A DNA stretch of 64,000 nucleotides from a virus (lineage: Duplodnaviria; Caudoviricetes), in IMG/VR virus record IMGVR_UViG_2585427716_000002, positions 32,001 through 96,000 of that record. One strand, written 5' to 3'. Shown in pieces: positions 54,741 to 63,918 of this stretch (positions within the stretch are counted from its first letter, which is position 1; every line of letters starts with the position of its first letter). Both the position numbers and the translations under genes were made by a program. The notes beneath the pieces were generated by a model. That model was not told the origin of the DNA. It did not search any database and saw only the letters and a program-made list of their open reading frames with translations.

Positions 54741-56843
54741 TTGACGCAAGATAAAGTACCTAGTTGGATTAGATCCAACAACGAGATTATGGTCAAGAAG
54801 GATGGACGGTTCCAATTCGACAAAGATGAAGAATCTGTGAGAAGCTATTTCGTAGATCACGTAAACCAAGAAACTGTTTTCTTCCACGATCTAAAAGAGA
54901 AGCTCGACTTTTTAGTGGAAAACGATTACTACGAGGAAAGCATACTTTCAATGTATACGCAGGATGAGTTGGTTGATATCTACAACCTAGCCTATGAAAA
55001 GAAGTTTCGCTTCCCCTCTTTTATGAGTGCGTTCAAATTCTATAACGACTATGCTCTCAAGACTAATGACAAAAAGAAAATTTTAGAACGTTATGAGGAC
55101 CGTGTCGTAATTGTCTCACTATTTTTTGCAGACGGTGACGCTGAAAAAGCAAAAGACTATGTCCGCTTAATGATCAACCAAGAATATCAACCTGCAACAC
55201 CTACATTCCTCAATACCGGAAGAACAAGACGTGGTGAACTAGTCAGTTGCTTTTTATTAGAGGTTGGAGATTCACTTAACGATATCTCAAAAGCAATTGA
55301 AACAGCAATGCAACTGTCTAAGTTAGGTGGAGGTGTTTCCCTCAACCTATCGAAAGTAAGGGCAAAAGGTGAAGCAATTAAAGATGTGGAGAATGCGACA
55401 AAAGGCGTCGTCGGGGTAATGAAGCTTCTAGATAATGCCTTTAGGTATGCAGATCAGATGGGGCAACGTCAAGGTTCGGGTGCCGCTTACCTAAACATCT
55501 TCCATAGAGATATTAACGATTTCCTTGATACTAAGAAAATATCGGCCGATGAGGATGTACGTGTTAAGACTCTTTCCATTGGAGTTGTCATTCCAGACAA
55601 GTTCGTTGAATTGGCGAGAGAAGATAAAGAAACGTACGTATTCTATCCCCACACAGTCTATAAAGAGTATGGTCAACATATGGACGAGATGGACATGAGC
55701 GAGATGTACGAAAAACTTGTTGAAAACCCTAAGGTCAAAAAAGAGAAAATCAACCCTCGTAAATTATTAGAGAAACTTGCCATGCTTAGATATGAGTCGG
55801 GCTACCCTTACATCATGTTCCAAGATAATGTGAACAGAGAACACGCTAATAACCATATTTCTAAGGTCAAGTTTTCAAACCTGTGCTCGGAAGTATTACA
55901 AGCGTCCAATGTTTCTACTTACACGGACTACGACGAAGAAGACGAGATTGGTTTAGATATTTCTTGCAATTTAGGGTCGCTGAATATCCTCAACGTAATG
56001 GAGAGAAAGTCGATTAAATCAGCGGTAAGGTTAGCTACAGACGCACTAACAAAAGTAGCAACTTCTACAGACATCCGAAATGCACCAGCAGTCAGACGTG
56101 CAAATAAACTTATGAAATCTATCGGATTAGGGGCAATGAATCTTCACGGCTACCTGGCTAAAAACGGTATCCCTTATGAGAGTGAAGAAGCCAGGGACTT
56201 TGCCAATACCTTCTTCATGATGGTTAACTTCTACTCTATCCAAAGATCTTCCGAGATTGCAAGGGACGAAGGTGAGACCTACCATGGTTATGAGGGTTCG
56301 ACCTACGCAACGGGCGAATACTTTAATAAATATCTTGAAAATGATTTCACTCCGAAGTCAGACAAGGTCAAAAAATTATTCGGCGGTATGGAAATTCCTA
56401 CGAAGGGTGATTGGAAAGAGTTGAAGGATTTCGTCAGCCAGCACGGGATGTACCATAGCTATCGCCTATGTATTGCCCCTACCGGTTCAATCTCTTACGT
56501 ACAATCTGCAACAGCTTCGGTTATGCCTATCATGGAGCGTATCGAAGAAAGAACTTACGGTAATTCAAAAACTTATTATCCAATGCCGGGACTGTCACCT
56601 AGCAACTGGTTCTTATATAAAGAAGCCTATGACATGGATATGTTTAAAGTGGTGGACATGATTGCCACTATCCAGCAGCATGTCGATCAGGGCATTAGCC
56701 TAACACTTTTCTTAAAAGATACGATGACAACACGTGACCTCAACAAAATTGACCTATACGCCCACCATAAGGGTATCAAGACAATTTACTATGCGCGGAC
56801 AAAGGACACAACGCAAGAGGGGTGCTTATCATGCGTAGTTTAA
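54741..56843 (+). CDS. nrdE: Class Ib ribonucleotide reductase alpha subunit
   Basis: PATPTFLN, LVSCF, SNLCSE, SCNLGS, APTGSIS, YYAR, C-terminal CLSC. Confidence 0.97.
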   Translation: MTQDKVPSWIRSNNEIMVKKDGRFQFDKDEESVRSYFVDHVNQETVFFHDLKEKLDFLVENDYYEESILSMYTQDELVDIYNLAYEKKFRFPSFMSAFKFYNDYALKTNDKKKILERYEDRVVIVSLFFADGDAEKAKDYVRLMINQEYQPATPTFLNTGRTRRGELVSCFLLEVGDSLNDISKAIETAMQLSKLGGGVSLNLSKVRAKGEAIKDVENATKGVVGVMKLLDNAFRYADQMGQRQGSGAAYLNIFHRDINDFLDTKKISADEDVRVKTLSIGVVIPDKFVELAREDKETYVFYPHTVYKEYGQHMDEMDMSEMYEKLVENPKVKKEKINPRKLLEKLAMLRYESGYPYIMFQDNVNREHANNHISKVKFSNLCSEVLQASNVSTYTDYDEEDEIGLDISCNLGSLNILNVMERKSIKSAVRLATDALTKVATSTDIRNAPAVRRANKLMKSIGLGAMNLHGYLAKNGIPYESEEARDFANTFFMMVNFYSIQRSSEIARDEGETYHGYEGSTYATGEYFNKYLENDFTPKSDKVKKLFGGMEIPTKGDWKELKDFVSQHGMYHSYRLCIAPTGSISYVQSATASVMPIMERIEERTYGNSKTYYPMPGLSPSNWFLYKEAYDMDMFKVVDMIATIQQHVDQGISLTLFLKDTMTTRDLNKIDLYAHHKGIKTIYYARTKDTTQEGCLSCVV

Positions 56844-56968
56844 GTGATATGGCATTTAAGACGTGCGGTCGGGATTTAGATTATAACCCGACGTACGTAA
56901 TCATCAGCGAAAAAGGAACGTACTGCGATATCGCATGCGAAAATATAGAAGATATGGAGGACGAATAA
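56831..56968 (+). CDS. Small Cys-containing protein (45 aa) coupled between nrdE and nrdF
   Basis: MRSLSDMAFKTCGRDLDYNPTYVIISEKGTYCDIACENIEDMEDE; SD GAGGGG; stop abuts the nrdF TTG. Confidence 0.5.
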   Translation: MRSLSDMAFKTCGRDLDYNPTYVIISEKGTYCDIACENIEDMEDE

Positions 56969-57967
56969 TTGACGAAGGCTAACGCAATCTACACGGCGGC
57001 TGATTGGTCTCGACACGAAGACGACTTTACCCAAATGTTCTATAACCAAAACGTAAAGCAATTTTGGTTGCCCGAAGAAATATCTTTAACCGGAGATCTG
57101 CTTACATGGAAATACCTCGGAAAGAATGAGCAGGACACCTACATGAAGGTATTAGCTGGACTCACTCTTTTAGATACAGAACAAGGTAATACAGGTATGC
57201 CACTAATCCAGGAGAACGTCGACGGACATCAACGTAAAGCTGTCCTGAATTTCATGGCTATGATGGAAAATGCAGTCCATGCTAAGTCTTACTCCAATAT
57301 CTTCATGACTTTAGCGACAACCGAAGAAATTAATGATGTTTTCGAGTGGGTTAAAGATAACAAGTATTTGCAGAAAAAGGCTGAAATAATTGTGGGGATT
57401 TATACCAACATAAGGAAAGGTGATGAACTCTCCCTTTACAAAGCAATGGTTGCTTCCACCTATCTGGAAAGTTTCTTGTTCTATAGTGGATTTTACTATC
57501 CACTTTACTTCTATGGTCAGGGACGTCTCATGCAAGCGGGCGAGATCATAAACTTGATTATTCGGGATGAGGCCATCCACGGAGTATATGTAGGGCTTCT
57601 CGCTCAAGAGATATACAACAAGCAGGATGAAGAGACAAAAAAGGAACTAAATAAGTTTGCAAAAGATCTTCTGCTAACTCTTTATGAAAACGAATTAGAG
57701 TATACTGAGGATGTTTACGACAAGGTCGGCCTAACAAGTGACGTAAAGAAGTTTATCCGCTATAACGCAAATAAGGCTCTAATGAATTTAGGCTTTGACC
57801 CATACTTCGAAGAGGAGGAGATTAACCCAATTGTCCTCAACGGATTAAACACAAAAACCAAATCCCATGATTTCTTTTCAATGAAGGGTAACGGTTATAA
57901 GAAAGCAACAGTAGAGCCAGTTAAAGATGAAGATTTCTATTTCATTGACAAAAAAGAGCAGATTTAA
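56969..57967 (+). CDS. nrdF: Class Ib ribonucleotide reductase beta subunit
   Basis: [44 protein letters not shown]. Confidence 0.97.
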   Translation: MTKANAIYTAADWSRHEDDFTQMFYNQNVKQFWLPEEISLTGDLLTWKYLGKNEQDTYMKVLAGLTLLDTEQGNTGMPLIQENVDGHQRKAVLNFMAMMENAVHAKSYSNIFMTLATTEEINDVFEWVKDNKYLQKKAEIIVGIYTNIRKGDELSLYKAMVASTYLESFLFYSGFYYPLYFYGQGRLMQAGEIINLIIRDEAIHGVYVGLLAQEIYNKQDEETKKELNKFAKDLLLTLYENELEYTEDVYDKVGLTSDVKKFIRYNANKALMNLGFDPYFEEEEINPIVLNGLNTKTKSHDFFSMKGNGYKKATVEPVKDEDFYFIDKKEQI

Positions 57968-58237
57968 TTTCTGCTCTTTTTTCTTTTCGCAACTAACATA
58001 CAAGGTAGTACGATCATTATTGTGTAAACCGAAACTAAGATTTGGAGTGAATAAAATGGTATTTTTCTCAAGTAGGCACCGGGTAAGTAAGCTATCATTT
58101 ATATCAAAGTTATGGATGACTCCTGTTGCTTATACATTAAAGTTCTTAGCTGGAGGAGTCATGCATATGGCTGACAAATTTGATGAGAAGGTAACTTTAG
58201 CTATTGTCTCAAACACAACATTCAAGGGGGATATTTA

Positions 58238-58480
58238 ATGAGCATGAACCGTAGTGAAGAAGATCTCTACATTTCGCAGATGGAGAGCTGGCTAACAGAG
58301 CAAGAAATGTTAGAAAAACAATTAGAGAGAGCGGTCACATACCATCAGGATCTATCTGACAACCATAAAAAAATTTCCGAACTAAATGAAATCCAGCTGA
58401 AAGCCCACATAGAGAGGATTGAAATAGCAAAGAACGAGTATTCGGAATGGCTAAAAGAGCATGGGAGTGATAAGAAATGA
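58238..58480 (+). CDS. Small coiled-coil hypothetical protein
   Basis: SD AAGGGGG; ATGA overlap with the next gene. Confidence 0.7.
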   Translation: MSMNRSEEDLYISQMESWLTEQEMLEKQLERAVTYHQDLSDNHKKISELNEIQLKAHIERIEIAKNEYSEWLKEHGSDKK

Positions 58481-59565
58481 AAGTCGGATTGATCCACCAT
58501 ACGGAAGATTATCACAAGTTAGTTGAGATGGCGGCCCGAGAATGTTACCAGTCATATCACAAACTTGGTGAGGAATCTCATACTTTTATTAAAGGTATAA
58601 TGGCAGCTGGCCACATATCAATCGCCAGCACAGGGAACATCGTATTCGGTATAGCTGGATTTACAGGTGTAGAAGAGTATATGAATGCTATGTCGGACCT
58701 CATGACCATGAAGGAAATTAATAACTACATCCGTTGGACTTCCCCCGATCCTAAGAAAAACCCCGATAGTAAGATTGGCGTAATCGTCTCAATGAACATG
58801 CTTACTTTCCTGGACATTAATAATCAGGCCAATGACTATGAACTAAACACTAACCTGTTTGAGTTATTCAAAAGACTTGTGAACCGTGTACCTGAAATGG
58901 GTTGGTTCATCAATGATAAGACAAAACTTGAACCTAAAGAAAATCAGTTCACTGCAAAAGGTGAGCCTCAGCTTTACAAACCTATCATCCTTACAGAAGA
59001 TTATACAGCATTAAAAGAAAAAGGTCTCACAGATTATGAGCTAGACGTACACGCTACTGTGACGATGAACTTGAAGGTCGATAGAGCAACCGGCCTACAG
59101 ATTTGGCGTCATGCAGATATGGCCGGAGGGACTGAACTATCTCAACGTTATGTCGACCGTACAAATGCAGAATACCGCAAAATGTTGGGATTCGGAAAAG
59201 GAATTTATCCTGAGAACCTGAAAGAAAAATTCACTGCTGCTACAGGACAATCAGATCGACTAGCTCAATTTGCTTATGACAATTTAGTGGAAGAAGTGTA
59301 CTCAAACATCGAAGGGTCTATTTCCGATTATGCTGAATTGAGGGATAGACTTGTAAGTTTCGGTGTTCGTAAAAGCCGAGCAAAAGAGATAGCTCGTTCT
59401 ATGTTACCTAACGCTATGACTACCAAAATAATCAACTGCCGGCCATTACGTCAATGGAAACACTTCCTAAACCTAAGAGACACTAACCATGCACAGAAAG
59501 AAATAAGAGCGGACGCTCAGGCAATAAAAATAGCATTCGAGGAAGCCGGTATAGCGTACAATTAA
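58477..59565 (+). CDS. thyX: FAD-dependent thymidylate synthase-like protein
   Basis: AARECY, GHISI, QIWRH...SQRYV, KEIARSMLP, HFLNLR, HAQKEIR. Confidence 0.78.
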   Translation: MKVGLIHHTEDYHKLVEMAARECYQSYHKLGEESHTFIKGIMAAGHISIASTGNIVFGIAGFTGVEEYMNAMSDLMTMKEINNYIRWTSPDPKKNPDSKIGVIVSMNMLTFLDINNQANDYELNTNLFELFKRLVNRVPEMGWFINDKTKLEPKENQFTAKGEPQLYKPIILTEDYTALKEKGLTDYELDVHATVTMNLKVDRATGLQIWRHADMAGGTELSQRYVDRTNAEYRKMLGFGKGIYPENLKEKFTAATGQSDRLAQFAYDNLVEEVYSNIEGSISDYAELRDRLVSFGVRKSRAKEIARSMLPNAMTTKIINCRPLRQWKHFLNLRDTNHAQKEIRADAQAIKIAFEEAGIAYN

Positions 59566-59569
59566 ACCT

Positions 59570-59622
59570 AAAAAGCACCCATGACGGGTGCCAAGTTGCC
59601 CCTGTAAGGGGCAATTAATTTT
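59570..59622. terminator. Tandem terminator hairpins
   Basis: GCACCC/GGGTGC and TTGCCCC/GGGGCAA. Confidence 0.7.
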
Positions 59623-59640
59623 TCATTGTTTTGTGGAAGG

Positions 59641-59811
59641 TTATTCCCTGTTCCTCAGTATACTGATGATTTCATTATTTTGATCAATCTTCTTAAAAGA
59701 ATTTCTCCTAATCGTCATTAAATATTTCACTACCCACCAAACAACGCTAATCCCTATAAACAAAAAGATAAAAGGTATAATAGTTGTGACCCAAGTCAGA
59801 AACATTTCCAC
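59641..59811 (-). CDS. Small single-TM protein (56 aa; not in the ORF track)
   Basis: SD GGGGG + GTG; MEMFLTWVTTIIPFIFLFIGISVVWWVVKYLMTIRRNSFKKIDQNNEIISILRNRE. Confidence 0.65.
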   Translation of the reverse strand: MEMFLTWVTTIIPFIFLFIGISVVWWVVKYLMTIRRNSFKKIDQNNEIISILRNRE

Positions 59812-59826
59812 TTTAGTTCCCCCTTT

Positions 59827-60048
59827 TTATAAATCGCTAATGCCCGCCAATAAACCTATAAGACTCAAAACAATTGTTATAGCAAGGAAAGCCCAGACTA
59901 ACGCAGCGAATGGCGTATTGATTCCCATACCTTCTTTCCATTTGGATATTCGACTTGTTCTGAACTTTCCTAGTTGAATACATAAGATTACATTTAATAC
60001 TACTGATATTACAAGGGCTGTTGCTAAATACAAGTTCAAACCCATCAA
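59827..60048 (-). CDS. Small two-TM membrane protein
   Basis: Two hydrophobic helices; SD AAAGG. Confidence 0.65.
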   Translation of the reverse strand: MMGLNLYLATALVISVVLNVILCIQLGKFRTSRISKWKEGMGINTPFAALVWAFLAITIVLSLIGLLAGISDL

Positions 60049-60212
60049 CCTTTCTTTTTAAGCTTTCCCCTAGTGTAACCTATAAGCTGTTGTAGATTTC
60101 AAGTGTCATTGTACATATTTTTTTGTAGGGATAAATATAGTAATGTATGTATTTATTTGTATATTTGTGTTAATATGGTATTGTTTCGAAAAAGTTTGAT
60201 AGGAGGAGTAGC

Positions 60213-60797
60213 ATGAAAAAGTTTGTGACAGTCGTTATTGCCACGGTGTTAGCTCTCGTTTTGTCAACAACATTTGAAAACACATCAAAGGCTGCGGAAA
60301 TGCCGCAGCAACCGGTTTTACCTGAGAAAGAAGTCGCATTTGATATGGATTCGACGAAACCTCAGGAGCAAAAAATTTATGACGATAATGGAAAGTATGT
60401 TGGAACTATGGGGATTATTCCAGAAAAAACTGAGGATGAATTCAGCACTATGGGTACATACCCTGTCCCAGTTGGTACAACAACCTTTAAAATCTACTGG
60501 AATACTGGAGTAGTAAACCTAAGCTACCGTATCAAAGTCAATAGACCAAAACCAAAGAAAGTAATTTCCTACAGTAAAATCACAAAGGCGTGGGATGAAT
60601 GGCATTTCGTAGCGCCGCCATTTACTGTTCAAGATGACGAATTGAAGATTACGAGGGCGCAAGAAACTTCGAAAGCGTCGGCTTCTGCACGATATAGACT
60701 GAAATATGGTGTGCTCGGTCAAGGTTCTATTCACTATGATTTGAAATCAAGAGTAAGTAAGCATTATTTGTATACCTCTGTTTCTAGTTTCGGATAA
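60213..60797 (+). CDS. Secreted protein (moron-like)
   Basis: SD AGGAGG; signal peptide MKKFVTVVIATVLALV...SKA; own terminator. Confidence 0.8.
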   Translation: MKKFVTVVIATVLALVLSTTFENTSKAAEMPQQPVLPEKEVAFDMDSTKPQEQKIYDDNGKYVGTMGIIPEKTEDEFSTMGTYPVPVGTTTFKIYWNTGVVNLSYRIKVNRPKPKKVISYSKITKAWDEWHFVAPPFTVQDDELKITRAQETSKASASARYRLKYGVLGQGSIHYDLKSRVSKHYLYTSVSSFG

Positions 60798-60848
60798 AAA
60801 ATAAAGGGCCTTACATAGGCCCTCAGCACCCTTCGTGGGTGCTTTTTT
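60797..60848. terminator. Tandem terminator hairpins
   Basis: AGGGCC/GGCCCT and GCACCC/GGGTGC followed by TTTTTT. Confidence 0.7.
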
Positions 60849-61089
60849 ATTTAAGTACGTAATAATCAATCTGTTCTTTTAATTCGTTCTCACCTACAGC
60901 AGAGAAATAAATAGGCTCGATGGCGTTATTGGGGATGAATTCACAAATAAAGGCCGGAAGGTCTCCTTCCCCTGGCTCATGTAAATCAATATTGAAAATC
61001 CCTTGGTCTAGACTGAATGTCAGACCCTTAAAGTCAGATTTATCCCCTATCATCCCATCAATAAGGGTAAAAAGGTTATCGAAATTCAT
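60847..61089 (-). CDS. Hypothetical protein
   Basis: SD AGGAGG; preceded by a phage promoter. Confidence 0.7.
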   Translation of the reverse strand: MNFDNLFTLIDGMIGDKSDFKGLTFSLDQGIFNIDLHEPGEGDLPAFICEFIPNNAIEPIYFSAVGENELKEQIDYYVLK

Positions 61090-61121
61090 TTTTTAATTCC
61101 TCCTAACAACAATGTGCCTAC

Positions 61122-61150
61122 ATTATAAGGACAAAGCAGCAAGGAATAAC
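61122..61150 (-). promoter_or_regulatory. Phage-type promoter GTTA-N17-CTTATAAT
   Basis: Copy of the repeated motif. Confidence 0.65.
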
Positions 61151-61173
61151 GGCAATAAAAAAGAGAGGTATTA

Positions 61174-61587
61174 TCACCTCTCCAGTTGTATCCAGTGCAT
61201 ATCTGTATTAAATTTAGCATTCCATTTATTTTCATAACCTTCTTGAAAGAATACAGTCTTTATTCCCGCCTGGGCGAGAGATCTAGTACAGTGTTCACAT
61301 GGCTCATGGGTAACATAGGCACAAGCACCCTCAGTTACAACACCTCTCCTGGCACAATCCAGGATGGCATTTTGTTCGGCATGGACCGTCCTTATACATC
61401 TCCCTTCATCGTTAAGGAGATGACCCACTTCATCGCAATGCGGGTGGCCGCTAATGCTGCCATTAAAACCGGTGGAAATTACCCTCTTATCTTTTACCAA
61501 CACACAGCCGACATGTAGTCTATCGCAGGTAGCCATGGTGCTCGCCTGGATCGCTAAGTCCATAAAGTATTTATTCCAATCCCTCAA
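61174..61587 (-). CDS. dCMP deaminase (ComEB-like)
   Basis: WNKYFM..A, VGCVLV, TGFNG, HAEQNAI, PCEHC; TTG start after GGAGG. Confidence 0.92.
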   Translation of the reverse strand: MRDWNKYFMDLAIQASTMATCDRLHVGCVLVKDKRVISTGFNGSISGHPHCDEVGHLLNDEGRCIRTVHAEQNAILDCARRGVVTEGACAYVTHEPCEHCTRSLAQAGIKTVFFQEGYENKWNAKFNTDMHWIQLER

Positions 61588-61679
61588 TTCAGTAAACCTC
61601 CCCGAATGTATGTAAAACACGCCTTGCCGAAAAATTTTTTCTCTGCTAATCAGCAAGGCGCTACCTAATCAAAACCTAA

Positions 61680-62342
61680 TTACAACTCCCGGGGACATGA
61701 CATAATATATTTCCAACTAGTGGTGTTAATCGCACCTTCCTCATTGATTTTCACAACCACTTTAGTAGGGTTATACGCCGGGTCGTAATAAAAAATCAGG
61801 TCCCCTTTATTAGAGACTTTACCTTTTGTCGAAGCTATTGGAGTGTCCTCTTTTCCGCTCCAATAAATAGACATCGAGTCAGGTTGATCATAAAAGTCGT
61901 AAGTTACTACCACAGTACCTACTTGATTAGGTAATGTGTGGTAAATAACTTGACTACTATCACCTAACCCATCGATAGTGTTGTTCGAAACTAGTAAATT
62001 GCAGCCGAACGGAGCTGCGGGAGTCCCTTCACCGCTAGGTACAGGTTGCACACCGTCTAAAACATGCATATCGCTGATATCTGCCTCAATTGCACAAAAT
62101 AATGATCCATCGTCATAAAAGAACATAATCAAGTAGTCTTTAGCACTTTTAGGGTCTACAGATAAACCTGAATACCTCTCGTCTGGTGGATAAATTATCC
62201 CAGTTAGTGAGGAATAAACTCCATTTAGGGGTTTAGCTTTCTTTCCGATGTTAGGGTCAGGATGAGGACCAGGTAGCGGAGCAGCTTCAACACTTATGCG
62301 ACTAATGGTCTCCTCAGTCAATGCTGGCATAGTCATAAACAA
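61680..62342 (-). CDS. Protein with the Cys-bracketed beta domain also found on two tail proteins
   Basis: C...YDFYDQPDSMSIY...WKYIMSCP. Confidence 0.7.
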   Translation of the reverse strand: MFMTMPALTEETISRISVEAAPLPGPHPDPNIGKKAKPLNGVYSSLTGIIYPPDERYSGLSVDPKSAKDYLIMFFYDDGSLFCAIEADISDMHVLDGVQPVPSGEGTPAAPFGCNLLVSNNTIDGLGDSSQVIYHTLPNQVGTVVVTYDFYDQPDSMSIYWSGKEDTPIASTKGKVSNKGDLIFYYDPAYNPTKVVVKINEEGAINTTSWKYIMSCPREL

Positions 62343-62414
62343 TTCACCTCCTGACTGTCTAGTAAAGTTACCGTGCGTAATTCTCTCGATGAGAGGTTCT
62401 GCCGAATAGAGGAT

Positions 62415-62630
62415 CTAGACTTCAACAGCATAAAGCTCGGTTAAATCCTCATCTAATACTGAACGGTCAACAGCAATAACCCGGCCTTCCCCGACCTCGA
62501 TATGAATATCTTCCTTGGAGATATCCTTTAGACCACCTTCAAAAGCTCCGTGCTCACATACAATGAGGATCGCTTGACCTATTAAGTCACCTAACTCAGC
62601 GAGTGGACGTGGATCATAGTTTTTCTCCAT
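62415..62630 (-). CDS. Small protein with possible Sm/LSm-like fold
   Basis: SD AGGAGGAG; LIGQAILIVCEHGAFEGGLKDISKEDIHIE resembles Sm1-type strands. Confidence 0.6.
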   Translation of the reverse strand: MEKNYDPRPLAELGDLIGQAILIVCEHGAFEGGLKDISKEDIHIEVGEGRVIAVDRSVLDEDLTELYAVEV

Positions 62631-63059
62631 ATTAATCTCCTCCTAAGTAGACACTTTTTTTAATGGCCCGTAAGCCTCTCTTTCCCAAAATCTCTGAATC
62701 ACCTCTCTTTTGATAATATAAGTAACCAATGTAGTAATCGCTTTAAACCTTGGTAGAATTGCGATTTCCCCGGTGTACGCACACTAAGTATTCACAAAAA
62801 ATCTCTCAGGAATTTTTTAGCAACCTCTCCCCTATTAGATTTAAAGCTCCATGTATCAGAACCCCCCTCCCAATAAAGAAGACCACCACATAGGCAGCCC
62901 TGATGACCTTATTCTCCCCAGCACTTACGCCATAAGCAGCCAGTCCATGTACGCACAGAAACATTCGAAAAAATTTCTCGCAGATCTTACGAACCATACC
63001 GGCGCTCAGCGGTGAAAATGCGATTCATTCGGCACCGGGTAGGGGTTTATTCCCCTTCC

Positions 63060-63090
63060 GACTTATCATAATAATTAATTATGTTAAGTC
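63060..63090. other. dif-like tyrosine recombinase site
   Basis: GACTTATCATAA-TAATTAA-TTATGTTAAGTC: inverted arms around a 7-bp spacer; the right arm matches 3043-3054. Confidence 0.7.
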
Positions 63091-63717
63091 AAACAGTATA
63101 AAAAGGCGTGTATTTCCCCTCAATATGCGATCAATTGACCACATCCAACCAACCAAAAGAAATAAAGTGGGTGACAGCCCATGATATGCGATTTTATTTG
63201 TACCCTAGTTCCGCTGCACAACGTCACCGACTTTAAAATTATTTATTATTGTCCCTTTTCTGCGGTGTTTATTGTCCTTCGCTTTTCTTGTTCCGTATTT
63301 GTACGCAATGTTTTATTTTTATCGGAGCAAAGAGGGACGGCGAACGTATATAAAATTCATCAGATAATAAAGGTATCTAACCATATCGAATACAATAAAA
63401 AGGGCTTGTTATGTCTGCACTTGTATTGTTTTGGTGTATGTGTTTATTCTTCTTATTTATAGGACATCTATTTTAAAGTGCTTTATATTCGTTTTAAGGG
63501 GTCTTAAAGTGTATAGGTGTATTTGTATGAGGTTGTTTATATCTCTTTGTATGGGGTTTATTTATGGGGTTATTCGTATATGTCTATAGGGTTCTTTGTG
63601 TATTGTTCTCCTATACTACTATTACTATCTCTTATACTATTAGTGTTATTGTGAGTCCAGGAGGAGACAGCCCGCCGGATAAGGTAAGAAGGCAAAATAA
63701 AAAGCCCCTGGAGGGCT

Positions 63718-63918
63718 TCAATCAAACATTATTGTAAAACCTGCATTGTATTCCTGTAAATAATATCCGTGTCCTTCTACGTACTCTATAAAGTCCGTTA
63801 GTTCGTGTATTACCTTCCTTGCTTGAGCTAATACACTTATAGGGGCGTCTGTCATGTAGTATGTGACACTCCCGCCCGAACTGATAGGGAATATAAAACC
63901 ATCATTTATAGTATCCAT
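63718..63918 (-). CDS. Small hypothetical protein (MDTIND...)
   Basis: SD AGAGGAG before the ATG; terminator-like AAGCCC...GGGCTT follows. Confidence 0.6.
   Translation of the reverse strand: MDTINDGFIFPISSGGSVTYYMTDAPISVLAQARKVIHELTDFIEYVEGHGYYLQEYNAGFTIMFD

Noticed and set aside
54611-54823. 70-aa minus-strand ORF
   Set aside because: Antisense to the nrdE start and promoter.
57927-58238. 103-aa ORF
   Set aside because: It overlaps nrdF and has no SD at its start; only the last 25 codons have a plausible SD.
62806-63462. ORFs 62806-62997 and 63181-63462
   Set aside because: No SD, atypical composition, and located in an apparently non-coding region.
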